In this document: piece by piece, positions 1-9,499 of the stretch | Position numbering within the stretch: position 1 is the stretch's first letter | Layout of the letters: every line of letters begins with the position of its first letter | DNA from: an uncultured Clostridium sp. | Lineage (GTDB): Bacteria > Bacillota > Clostridia > TANB77 > CAG-508 | Reading direction: 5' to 3' | Assembly (NCBI GenBank): GCA_948466095.1 | Contig: CAOJZE010000003.1 | Coordinates: 1 to 33,218 of the forward strand | Length of the DNA stretch: 33,218 nucleotides | Position numbers and translations under genes: made by a program | The notes under the pieces: model-generated | Told to the model about the DNA's origin: nothing | What the model saw: the letters and a program-made list of their open reading frames with translations, nothing else | Database searches by the model: none

Positions 1-82
1 TTATTAATATGATAATGGTTAGTACTAATGCAATTAATGTGATACCTTTTTCTTGCTTGCTTTTGTTTGTTTGTTTTTTCAT
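1..82 (-). CDS. Type IV pilin-like / prepilin-type protein, 5' part only (runs off the window)
   Basis: Manual translation from ATG at 82 gives MKKQTNKSKQEKG|ITLIALVLTIIILI: a basic leader, a prepilin-type Gly cleavage site and a hydrophobic helix. AAGGAG RBS upstream. Not in the ORF track. Confidence 0.75.
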   Translation of the reverse strand, partial: MKKQTNKSKQEKGITLIALVLTIIILI

Positions 83-131
83 AAAAAACTCCTTTTATTT
101 TTATTATTCTCTCTTATGTTTTAAAATATAC

Positions 132-209
132 ACGACATTTTTGTCGTATTTCAAGATTATTTTATATCTTTTCAAAATCAAAGTCAATATGTAACGACAA
201 AAATGTCGT
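132..209. promoter_or_regulatory. Pair of palindromic operators between divergent pilin-like and XRE genes
   Basis: ACGACATTTTTGTCGT (132-147) and ACGACAAAAATGTCGT (194-209) are exact reverse complements of each other, and each is ACGACA-N4-TGTCGT. Confidence 0.65.
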
Positions 210-264
210 TCTTTTTTAACCCCTGCTGTAATATAATAACAAAAATAATACTGGAGGTTAGAAA

Positions 265-453
265 ATGATTAGACAGTACCGCTTAACAAGAAATTTATCA
301 CAAGAAGAACTTGCTGAAGAAATTGGCATTAGTTGGCGTCAATTACAAAGGCTTGAATACAATGAAGAGAATACAAGAATTTCTACCTTCAAAAAAATCG
401 TAAAAACTTTAAATGTCCCAGATGATGAAATCATTAAATTTATTAGAAAATAG
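265..453 (+). CDS. XRE/Cro-C1 family HTH transcriptional regulator
   Basis: LSQEELAEEIGISWRQLQRLE HTH motif, GGAGG RBS. Confidence 0.85.
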   Translation: MIRQYRLTRNLSQEELAEEIGISWRQLQRLEYNEENTRISTFKKIVKTLNVPDDEIIKFIRK

Positions 454-456
454 TTT

Positions 457-499
457 AAATGGAGGTACTCTTATTTTAAAAATAAAAGTACCTCCATTT
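457..499. terminator. Bidirectional intrinsic terminator
   Basis: AAATGGAGGTACT...AGTACCTCCATTT stem between convergent genes. Confidence 0.7.
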
Positions 500-3147
500 T
501 ATATTTTTTTCGCCATAGACATGGCACTTATTTTTTCTTCATAAATTATATTCTTACCCTTTGACTCATTTAACTTTTTCTGTAATTCCATAATCGGAAT
601 TGGTAACAAAGAAATGATAATGGTAATCATCCATTGGATTTGATTTAGCGGAATTAATTTGAAAATTTCTGCTAATGCTGGTATCAGTACAACTGATATT
701 TGTACAAGGGTTCCAATGATAAAACTTCCAATTAAAAATTTATTTTCTAGAATACCTATTTTAAAGATAGATTGTTCACTTTTTATATTAAAACTGTGGA
801 CGAGTTCTAGTAGTCCCATACAAAGAAATGCCATCGTTCTTCCTACTTCTAGCCCAAAAAATTTATTTCCTAAACTAAAAGCAACTAGTGTCAACATGCC
901 AATCATAACCCCTTCTACTACAATTTTATTCCATAAGCCATCTGCAAAAATTCCTTTTTGACGGCTCACTGGTTTTCGATTCATAATGTCTTTTTCTGGT
1001 GGTTCTAAACCAATTGCAATAGCTGGTAGAGAATCAGTTACCAAATTAATCCATAATAATTGAATCGCAAGTAAAGGTGATTTTAATCCTAATACCAGTC
1101 CCATAAATATGGTTACAATTTCCCCTATATTGGTAGCGATTAAGAAATGAATCGCTTTTTTGATATTATCATAAATATTTCTTCCCTGTTTTACGGCTTC
1201 TACAATGGTTACAAAATTATCATCCGCTAACACCATATCTGCTGCATTTTTGGCCACATCTGTTCCATTCCTTCCCATTGCGATTCCAATATCTGCATTT
1301 TTTAAAGCAGGACTGTCATTTACGCCATCTCCTGTCATGGCTACCACTGCTCCTGTGCTTTGCCACGCTTTGACGATTCTTACTTTGTGTTCTGGTGTAA
1401 CCCTTGCAAATACCGCATAATCCGCTATGTTCTTTTGTAATTCTCTCTGTGATATTTTATCTAATTCTTGCCCTGTGATGGCTTTATCTTTCGCATTCAA
1501 AATGTTCAACTCTTTTGCTATTGCCTTTGCTGTGGCTATATGGTCACCTGTTATCATAACCGTTTTGATTCCTGCTTTTTTACAAGTTTTTACCGCTTCT
1601 TTTACCCCTTCTCTTGGTGGGTCTATCATACCAATTAATCCTACAAAGATTAAGTTGCTTTCAATGGTATTGGTATCAATTTTTTGTGGCAAAGAATCTA
1701 AATCTTTATAGCCCACTGCTATCACTCTTAAAGCTTTTTGTGCCATTTTTTCATTTTCTTTTTGTATCTGTGCCTTTTGTATAATAGAATTTTGCCCTAA
1801 TCTTCCCTTGATTTGCTTTTGACATCTTTCTAAAAGAACATCTGGTGCTCCTTTTGTAATAATTCTATATTTATTCCCTATTTTATGGATGGTAGTCATC
1901 ATTTTTCGACTGGAATCAAAGGGGATTTCATTGACTCTCGGCATAGTTTGATACAATTGGTTTTTATCTTTGCCATTGTGAAAACTTTCTTTTACAATAG
2001 CCGCCTCTGTTGGCTCACCACTTACTTCTAGTTTTCCTTCCTGATATAAAAGATGACAATCCGTACACATACAGCTAAGTTCTCTTGCTAAATTGACATC
2101 TTCGCTAAGGATTTCTACTACTCTCATTTTATTTTGTGTTAAAGTTCCCGTTTTATCGGAACAAATGACAGAAGAACTTCCTAAGGTTTCTACTGCTGGC
2201 AATTTTCTAATGATACTATTCTTTTTTGCCATTTTAGTAACGCCAATGGATAGCATAATGGTTACAATAGCAGGTAGTCCCTCTGGTATTGCTGCTACAG
2301 CTAACCCCACTGAAGTCATAAACATTTCAATTGGGTCGATATTTTTGATAAGTCCTATTCCAAAAATGATAAAACAAATAACCAAACATACCATTCCTAA
2401 TATTTTTCCTACTTGCGCTAATTTTCTCTGAATTGGTGTTTCTGGTGCTTCATCTTCTATTATCATATTGGCAATTTTACCAACTTTTGTGTTCATTCCT
2501 GTTTCCGTTACAACCCCTTTTCCATGTCCATTCACTACAATGCTTGCCATAAATGCCATATTATTTCTGTCTCCTAATGGAATATCTGGTTTGCAAATTT
2601 TATCAGCATCTTTTAGTACTGGCTCGGTTTCTCCTGTTAAGCTAGACTCTTCTATCTTTAGATTAAAACTTTCTAAAATTCTACTATCGGCCGGCACATA
2701 GTTCCCTGCCTCTAATAGAATAATATCACCTGGTACGATTTCATCTGCATGAATGTCCTTGGTAATGCCCTCTCTTATGACTTTTGCTTTCATAGGTGTC
2801 ATTTCTTGCAAAGCTTCTATCGACTTTTCTGCTTTGGCTTCTTGTATCACTCCCATAATAGCATTTAAAACGACAATGGCTATGATGATAATCGAGTCTA
2901 TGTAATCGTTTTCTCCCTGTATATTGGAAATAACAGCTGAAACAATAGATGCAATAATTAGAATGATAATCATAAAGTCATTGAATTGTTTGATAAATTT
3001 CATAAAAATACTTTCTTTCGGCTTGTCTTTTAATTTGTTTTTCCCATATTCTTGTTGTCTTTTTTTGACTGCTTCTTCACTTAGTCCTTCTTTTCTGTCC
3101 GTTCCTAATTTTTTTAGAACTTCTTCTTTTCTTAAAGTTTCCCACAT
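499..3147 (-). CDS. Calcium-translocating P-type ATPase (type II, YloB-like)
   Basis: DKTGTLT phosphorylation motif, TGE, PEGL, KGAP, MITGD and TGDGVNDSPALK motifs. Start moved to ATG 3147 (MWETL), which follows an AAGGAG RBS. Confidence 0.93.
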   Translation of the reverse strand: MWETLRKEEVLKKLGTDRKEGLSEEAVKKRQQEYGKNKLKDKPKESIFMKFIKQFNDFMIIILIIASIVSAVISNIQGENDYIDSIIIIAIVVLNAIMGVIQEAKAEKSIEALQEMTPMKAKVIREGITKDIHADEIVPGDIILLEAGNYVPADSRILESFNLKIEESSLTGETEPVLKDADKICKPDIPLGDRNNMAFMASIVVNGHGKGVVTETGMNTKVGKIANMIIEDEAPETPIQRKLAQVGKILGMVCLVICFIIFGIGLIKNIDPIEMFMTSVGLAVAAIPEGLPAIVTIMLSIGVTKMAKKNSIIRKLPAVETLGSSSVICSDKTGTLTQNKMRVVEILSEDVNLARELSCMCTDCHLLYQEGKLEVSGEPTEAAIVKESFHNGKDKNQLYQTMPRVNEIPFDSSRKMMTTIHKIGNKYRIITKGAPDVLLERCQKQIKGRLGQNSIIQKAQIQKENEKMAQKALRVIAVGYKDLDSLPQKIDTNTIESNLIFVGLIGMIDPPREGVKEAVKTCKKAGIKTVMITGDHIATAKAIAKELNILNAKDKAITGQELDKISQRELQKNIADYAVFARVTPEHKVRIVKAWQSTGAVVAMTGDGVNDSPALKNADIGIAMGRNGTDVAKNAADMVLADDNFVTIVEAVKQGRNIYDNIKKAIHFLIATNIGEIVTIFMGLVLGLKSPLLAIQLLWINLVTDSLPAIAIGLEPPEKDIMNRKPVSRQKGIFADGLWNKIVVEGVMIGMLTLVAFSLGNKFFGLEVGRTMAFLCMGLLELVHSFNIKSEQSIFKIGILENKFLIGSFIIGTLVQISVVLIPALAEIFKLIPLNQIQWMITIIISLLPIPIMELQKKLNESKGKNIIYEEKISAMSMAKKI

Positions 3148-3166
3148 AATCTTCTCTCCTTTGTGA

Positions 3167-3297
3167 AGGGAAAGAGGGACGTTCCTTAAAATCCCTTTTT
3201 TAGGGATTTGGGGGACAGTCCTTTCAATCATTCTTTTCCAAAGGAGTGTCCCTCTATTCCCTCTTTTAGGGATTTTAAGGAACGTCCCTCTTTCCCT
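3167..3297. repeat. About 130-bp REP/MITE-like inverted repeat in the ATPase 5' leader
   Basis: AGGGAAAGAGGGACGTTCCTTAAAATCCC (from 3167) pairs with GGGATTTTAAGGAACGTCCCTCTTTCCCT (ending 3297). Inner imperfect pair GGGACAGTCC / GGAGTGTCCC. Confidence 0.75.
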
Positions 3298-3316
3298 CTT
3301 TTTTGTTTCTTGATAA

Positions 3317-3345
3317 ATTCTATGTGGCTTGTACTAGTTTTATGA
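3317..3345 (-). promoter_or_regulatory. SigE-type (mother-cell sporulation) promoter of the P-type ATPase
   Basis: Minus strand TCATAAA-14 nt-CATAGAAT matches the Bacillus sigmaE consensus. Confidence 0.6.
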
Positions 3346-3405
3346 TAAAAAAATAATGATAACAAATTTCTTTTTTCGACATATGATACTTTAGGAGGTG
3401 TTTTT

Positions 3406-4050
3406 ATGTTAATCAATTCGCTAGTTTTAGCACTTTCTAGTAGCATCGACTCTCTTGGTATTGGAATTACATATGGAATTAAAAATACTAGGATTTCTTA
3501 TATGGGAAAAGTTGTGTTATTTGTAATTTCGTTCTCGATTTCCATTCTGGCCATTTGGTTTGGCGATGTGATAAAAAATATTTTTTCTGATTTTGTAACT
3601 AAATTAATGGGAAATATCATTTTAATTGCTATGGGTGGATTTATTTGCTTTCAAGCAATTCATAAAAAAGAAATCAAACATAAAATCAATAAAAAAGACG
3701 AAAAAGTCTATCATTTTTTTATTGATTTTTTAGGAATTACCATTAAAATTATTAAAAATCCTTCTTCTTCTGATTTGGATTCCTCTAATTCAATTGATAG
3801 TAAAGAAGCTCTATTTTTGGGTGTTGCTCTTTCTTTGGATTGTTTTTGCATTGGTATGGGAGGTAGTATGATTGGAGTAAGTCCTTTGCTTTTTCCTTTG
3901 TTTATTTCTATTTTTCAACTCGTATTTTTAAATATGGGCTATATACTTGGAAAAAAACTTTACCAACTAAGTCATTTGCCAGATAATACTTGGTCTATTA
4001 TTTCCGGTATTTTATTGATTTTTATAGGATTATTGCGATTTGTTTTTTGA
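3406..4050 (+). CDS. ytaF: Sporulation membrane protein YtaF (MntP/YtaF family)
   Basis: ALSSSIDSLGIGITYG and EALFLGVALSLD repeats, multiple TM helices, AGGAGG RBS, and a CATATGAT sporulation-type -10 at 3380-3387. Confidence 0.8.
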   Translation: MLINSLVLALSSSIDSLGIGITYGIKNTRISYMGKVVLFVISFSISILAIWFGDVIKNIFSDFVTKLMGNIILIAMGGFICFQAIHKKEIKHKINKKDEKVYHFFIDFLGITIKIIKNPSSSDLDSSNSIDSKEALFLGVALSLDCFCIGMGGSMIGVSPLLFPLFISIFQLVFLNMGYILGKKLYQLSHLPDNTWSIISGILLIFIGLLRFVF

Positions 4051-4095
4051 CCTTTTGCTAATTTTATGTTATGATAAATATATGTCTTATTGCTA

Positions 4096-4167
4096 GGTTG
4101 AGTAGCTCAAATGGCAGAGCGTTGGAATGAAGTTTCAAGGTTATAGGTTCAATTCCTATCTCAACCA
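4096..4167 (+). tRNA. tRNA-Phe(GAA), atypical, CCA not encoded
   Basis: Cloverleaf: acceptor GGTTGAG/CTCAACC, D stem GCTC/GAGC, anticodon stem TTGGA/TTCAA with loop ATGAAGT, T stem ATAGG/CCTAT with loop TTCAATT, discriminator A. Confidence 0.8.
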
Positions 4168-4193
4168 TTACCAGATGTTTTTTTATCTGGTAA
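4168..4193 (+). terminator. Hairpin directly after the tRNA
   Basis: TTACCAGAT-N8-ATCTGGTAA. Confidence 0.55.
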
Positions 4194-4213
4194 ATAAATA
4201 AAAGGAGGACATT

Positions 4214-4402
4214 ATGATTCTTCATAATGGCAGAGGACTTACAATTTCTGTTAGTCCAAGTGGCTTGAAAGACACTGTTGACCATCTTAATTGGTTAGCA
4301 AAAGGTTCTACCAATAAGGAGGCTTCTGTCTTTTTTTCACAAACAAGACAGCCAGTCTCATTATTGAGTAGTTGCCAGCATGTAATCAATAGGATTGCAT
4401 AA
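4214..4402 (+). CDS. Small hypothetical protein (62 aa)
   Basis: Strong AAAGGAGG RBS 5 nt before ATG and a downstream terminator. No recognisable motif. Confidence 0.6.
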   Translation: MILHNGRGLTISVSPSGLKDTVDHLNWLAKGSTNKEASVFFSQTRQPVSLLSSCQHVINRIA

Positions 4403-4409
4403 TTCCTCA

Positions 4410-4450
4410 AAAGACCAGCTTATAACATGCAAATGTTGTAAGCTGGTCTT
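4410..4450. terminator. Bidirectional terminator between the small ORF and smc
   Basis: AAGACCAGCTTATAACAT...ATGTTGTAAGCTGGTCTT stem. Confidence 0.7.
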
Positions 4451-4486
4451 CATTTAATTGGTTCTTCCTTATATTTTACATTTCAT

Positions 4487-7400
4487 CTACCCCAATTTCA
4501 TAGACAATAACTTTGAAATACCATTCTCCTCCATTGTCACACCATATACAGTATCTGCCGCCTCCATCGTACCTTTTCTATGGGTAATCACTAAGAATTG
4601 TGTATCCTTCGAAAACTTCTTTAAATATTCAGCAAATCGATATACATTTACATCGTCAAGTGCTGCCTCAATTTCGTCTAATACGCAGAATGGAGCTGGA
4701 TTGATTTTTAAAATGGCAAATAGCAAAGCAATTGCTGTAAATGCTTTCTCTCCACCAGATAGTAGCATCATATTTTGTAATTTCTTTCCTGGTGGTTGTA
4801 CATGAATATCAATACCACATTCTAAGATATTTTCCTCATCTTCTAGTTTTAAAGAAGCATTTCCTCCACCAAACAATTCCTGGAACACTTCCTCAAAATT
4901 TTTGTTGATGATAGCAAATTGTGTTTTAAATTGCTCCTTCATGGTAGTAGTCATTTCTGCAATGATTTTTCTCAACTTATTCATGGTGTCTTCTAAATCT
5001 ACTCTTTGTTCACACATAAAGTCATATCTCTCCTTCATTGCCTTATATTCTTCAATCGAATCTACATTAACACTTCCCAATTCTTTGATTTCTGTTCGTA
5101 AACCATTTACTTTTTTCTGGGTAAGAGATACATTATCAGGCTTTTCATATTCTCCCACTTGGTTTGGTGTTAATTCATATTCTTCCCACATCTTATTAAT
5201 AATCGCATTAATATCATCTTCTAGTTTTGTCTTTTTGACATCAATTTTTACAATTTGTGCTTTTAAATCTTCTATCGTTTTAAATTTGCTCGTAATTTCT
5301 TCTTCTTGTTTCGATAGTTTCTCGTTTTTATCGGTTCTTTCTTGCTTTAATTTTTCAATTTTAGTTCCACTATTTTGTACATCTTTTTTAATGTTAGCAA
5401 TTTTATCCTTAATTTCCTCAATGGATTCTTCCAATTCAAAATTATCATGAATAATTTGCTCAATTTGTTCTTTTTTATTGGCAATACTTTTGTTAGCTGT
5501 TTCAATTTCTTGTTTAATTCTTTCTTGTATTTCTTCCATCGATGCTTCACTTTCGTCAAAAGAAGAAACGGAAATTTTCAAATTGGTAATATCAAAATTC
5601 AAATCATCTACATATTTTTGGTTGTCCTTATTTAATTCTACAAATTCAGAAATAATGGTGGTTAACTTTTCAGTCTCTTCTGTCAATTGTTGTATTTTTT
5701 GATTGATATTTTCTTTGTTTACAGTTGCTTCTTGTTTCTGCTTTTCTAAGTTTTCCTGTTCTTCTTTTAATTTGTTTAAACGAGTTTGAATTCTAGCAAT
5801 ATTCTCATCTATGGCTACTACTTTTTGTTTTTCTGTTGCATACGTAATGTCAATTTCTTGCAATTCCTTTTCTAAACTAGTCGCATTTTCTAAGGTCTCT
5901 TCGATAGAATCTTCGTAGTCCTTTTTCTCTTTTTCCATTTGCTCAATCTTAGTGTTTAATTTTTTGATGTCTTTTTCTAGTTTTTCAATTTCTCTTCCTC
6001 TTCCTAGAATATTGACTGTTTTTTTCGCTACCGAACCTCCTGTAATACTACCAGAAGCATTGATAACATCTCCTTCTAAAGTAATAATACGGAAGGAATA
6101 ACCATTTTGTTTTGCCACTTGAATGGCTGTGTCCATGTTATCTACAATAACCGTTCTTCCTAACAAACTAATTACAATTTGTTCATATTTTTTGTGGTAT
6201 TTGATTAGGTCTGAAGCAATACCAATCAAGCCTTTTTCATTCCCTTTGATTTTGTCTAATTTTTTCCCTCTAACCGATGCAATTGGTAAAAAAGAAGCTC
6301 TTCCCAAATTATTTTTTCTTAAATGCTCTACTAATTTTTTCGCATCGGTTTCTGTCTCTGTTACAATATTTTGTAAGCTTGCTCCTAAACACATTTCAAT
6401 CGCTGTTTGGTATTCTTCTGGCACTTCAATGACATTGGCTAATACCCCATGCATTCCTTTTCCTAAGTCTTTTATGGTTTCACAATCTTTTAAAAGGGAT
6501 TTTACACTTTTGATATATCCCTCTTTTTCTTTTTCGGTTTCGATTAAGAATTTTAATTTTGATTCCTTAATTCTCATTTCACTTTGATAAGCATGAATGC
6601 TATTTTGATAGTTCTCTATTTTTTGGTCCGCTTCTTCTTTTATTGCTTGGATTTCTTCCATCGATTTTACAACTTTATTTCTCTTACTATCAATCTCGTA
6701 AAATTCTTTTGCGATTTCATCTTTTTTCAGTCTTGTACTATCTAATTCTGATATGTAATTGGTGATTTCTGTTTTAATTTGATGTTGTCTCTTTTCGTAG
6801 TTTTCATAGTTAATATCTTGTGTATGGCTATCTGCTTGTAACTCATATTTTCGGTCTGTATTTTTTTCTACTTGTGCTTTGTAGCCTTCTATTTCTAGCT
6901 CTTTGCTTGATAATTTTTGGGTTATTTTAGCTAATTCTTTTTCTTTTTCTTGTAATTCTTTTTCAAATTTTTCTTTGTTTTTCTTTAAATTAACCTTTTT
7001 TTCTTCCCTTTGCTTCCTTTCTTCTTCTAATTCTTGTTGCTTTAACGTAGCTTCTTGTATTTCTTTTTCAAATCTTTCTTTGTTTTCTTGGTTATTGTGA
7101 ATTCTAGTATTGGCTACATTGATATCCGAATGTAACATCTCAATTTCCTTTTGGCTGGCAAACCCCAAGTTTGACATTTCTTCGATTTGATTCGTTATTT
7201 CTTCTACTTGTGTTTTTAATTCTTCTTTTAATTGTTTAATTCTTTCTAGTTTTTCTTCCTCTTCTGTGCATTGAGAGTTGTAAATTTCTTCATCCTTTAC
7301 AATTTCCTCTAAACTAGTTTTATATTTTCCAATGTTATATAAGAATAGCCCTATTTCAATACTTTTTAATTCCTCTTTTAAGTTTAGATATTTTTTTGCT

Positions 7401-8033
7401 TTTTCTGCTTGTGCTTTTAATGGTTCGATAGTACTTTCAATTTCTGCTAAAATATCATTGATACGAAGTAGATTTAGTTTTGTTCTTTCTAATTTTTTCT
7501 CGCTTTCTTCTTTTCTCGCTCTAAATTTCACAATCCCTGCCGCTTCTTCAAAGATATGTCTTCTATCTTCTGATTTATTGCTTAATATTTCATCAATTTT
7601 GCCTTGTCCAATAATAGAATAACCATCTTTTCCGATTCCTGTGTCCATAAATAGTTCTAATACATCTTTCAATCTACATGCTACTTTATTAATGAAATAG
7701 CCAGTTTCTCCGCTTCGATATATCTTTCTCGTTACCGTTACTTCCGTATATTCAATCGGTAATGCTCCATCTGTATTATCAAATATTAAAGAAGCCTCCG
7801 CAAATCCTAGAGACTTTCTATTTTGTGTTCCTGCAAATATAATATCTAAGGATTTCGTTCCTCTTAATGACTTCATACTTTGCTCTCCGCAAAATCCATC
7901 GTATGGCATCTGATATATTACTTTTTCCAGAACCATTTGGTCCAATGACTCCTGTTATACCTGGTCTGAATTCTAGTACGGTTTTGTCTGCAAATGACTT
8001 AAATCCTTGTAATTCTAGTCTTTTTAAATACAT
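4487..8033 (-). CDS. smc: Chromosome segregation protein SMC; needs a +1 shift at CGG-A (7886-7889); 1181 aa when joined
   Basis: 5' ORF: [16 protein letters not shown]...[18 protein letters not shown] (Walker A). The +1 frame continues [10 protein letters not shown] through coiled coils, hinge GRASFLP, LSGGEK and Walker [11 protein letters not shown]. Confidence 0.93.
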
Positions 8034-8233
8034 CTATTATCACCTTTTGTAAATTTATTCGTTGTTCAATTTTATCTTTTTTTGACTTATCTCGGTAAGA
8101 CTGAACTAGAATAAGTTTATACTATTTTTGGCTTTTTGTAAAGAAATTTGTCACAATTACTCAAGCCTAAAATGTTTCAGCTAAAAAGTTTATCTATTTT
8201 TTATTAACAACATTAGACTAAATAGCGATTTTA

Positions 8234-8566
8234 TCATACAAACTTAGCATTTGACACAATTTGAGCTATATTATAGATTAAGCGTTGTTTCGCAGGTGTA
8301 CAATTAATTAAAGTTTCATATAATTCCTTATCTAAATAGTTAGGTGCTTTTGTAATAGTCCCTCCAATTAAATATTCTACACTTGTTCCTAATACTCTAC
8401 TTATTTGAGCTAATCTTTTTAAGTTTATTTGTGAAGAACCTCTTTCTACTCTACTAATATACACTGTTGTTACGTCAATTTCTTCTGATAACCTTTCTTG
8501 TGACCAGCCTCTTTTTTTCCTTTCTTCCCTTATTCTTTGTCCTATAATCTTATAATCAATATCCAT
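8234..8566 (-). CDS. XRE family HTH transcriptional regulator
   Basis: IGQRIREERKKRGWSQERLSEEIDVTTVYISRVERG motif. Confidence 0.88.
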   Translation of the reverse strand: MDIDYKIIGQRIREERKKRGWSQERLSEEIDVTTVYISRVERGSSQINLKRLAQISRVLGTSVEYLIGGTITKAPNYLDKELYETLINCTPAKQRLIYNIAQIVSNAKFV

Positions 8567-8662
8567 ATTATCACTTCCTTTTCATGGGTAAATATAACAC
8601 TATGAGTTCCATTTGTCAATATAATTTTTTGAATTTATATGTAAAATTTTATTGATTATTTT

Positions 8663-8702
8663 AAAGATTGCCAAAAAGGTCCTTCCCTCTTGGCAATCTT
8701 TT
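8663..8702 (-). terminator. Intrinsic terminator of the ABC binding-protein gene
   Basis: AAAGATTGCCAA...TTGGCAATCTTT stem just past the stop at 8708. Confidence 0.65.
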
Positions 8703-8707
8703 CATTC

Positions 8708-9499
8708 TTATTTCATTGCTTTTTCAGCATATTGATTATTTACAATTTTGTCATAAGGTGCATTTTCTTTCAATTCTCCTGCCATTATCATAACTTCTTC
8801 TAGTCTTTCAAAAACTTCTTGTTTTAATACTGGTGTATCATTCCATGCATCAATATCTTTATAACTTTGAATGGCTTTTGCTAACATCTCTACCTCTGTA
8901 TCTGGGAAAAAGCTTTTAATTACTTCTGCTATTTCTTTACTATCGTGCTCTTTCACCCATTGTTGTCCTTTATAAACAGCATTTGTAAATTTCTGAATGG
9001 TGTCTTGATTATTTTCTATATAACTTTTTTTAGCAAAGTATGCTGTGTATGGAATTTCTCCTGCTGCTTCTCCCACAGATGCTACAATATATCCTTTTTG
9101 TTGTTCTTGTGTCATAGATGCTGTTGGCTCAAATAGCGTGACATAGTCAGCATTTCCACTGGCAAAAGCTCCTGCCATTAAATCGAATTTAATACTATCA
9201 TCTAAAGTGGTATCTTTTTGTGGGTCAATTCCATTCTTCTTTAATACATACTCTAGTGTCATGTATGGTACTCCACCTTTTCTTCCTGGAATAACCATTT
9301 TTCCTTTTACGTCTTGCCAACTAAAATTTTCTGTTTGATTTCTAGCTACTAAAAAAGAACCGTCTTTTTTGGTCATTTGCGCAAATACTTGCGTATAATC
9401 TTCTTTCCCTTCATTATAAACATAAATAGAAGCTTCTGGACCTGCAAATCCAATATCACATTGGTTAGCAATCACAGCTGTCATTACAGCATCTGCTCC
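8708..9499 (-). CDS. 3' part of interrupted ABC substrate-binding protein (SsuA/THI5/NMT1-like, YtlA-like)
   Basis: GADAVMTAVIANQCDIGFAGPEASIYV...GRKGGVPYM...LFEPTAS. Joins in frame to the 5' part at 15253-15482 through the shared GGAGCAGA, giving 337 aa. Confidence 0.88.
   Translation of the reverse strand, partial: GADAVMTAVIANQCDIGFAGPEASIYVYNEGKEDYTQVFAQMTKKDGSFLVARNQTENFSWQDVKGKMVIPGRKGGVPYMTLEYVLKKNGIDPQKDTTLDDSIKFDLMAGAFASGNADYVTLFEPTASMTQEQQKGYIVASVGEAAGEIPYTAYFAKKSYIENNQDTIQKFTNAVYKGQQWVKEHDSKEIAEVIKSFFPDTEVEMLAKAIQSYKDIDAWNDTPVLKQEVFERLEEVMIMAGELKENAPYDKIVNNQYAEKAMK

Noticed and set aside
3148-3446. N-terminal extension of the ATPase to 3231 and ORF 3228-3446
   Set aside because: Both are read through the palindromic repeat and promoter region. 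The RBS supports ATG 3147.
4096-4167. This tRNA as the decoder of CGGA
   Set aside because: The anticodon loop is 7 nt with GAA, not UCCG or UCC.
659-7622. Many plus-strand ORFs opposite the ATPase and smc (and similar ones opposite other long genes)
   Set aside because: Antisense shadows of well-supported minus-strand genes, with no RBS or motifs.
7890-7945. ORF-track start of SMC at 7945
   Set aside because: MDQMVLEK... is off-frame text lacking Walker A. The true N-terminus starts at 8033.
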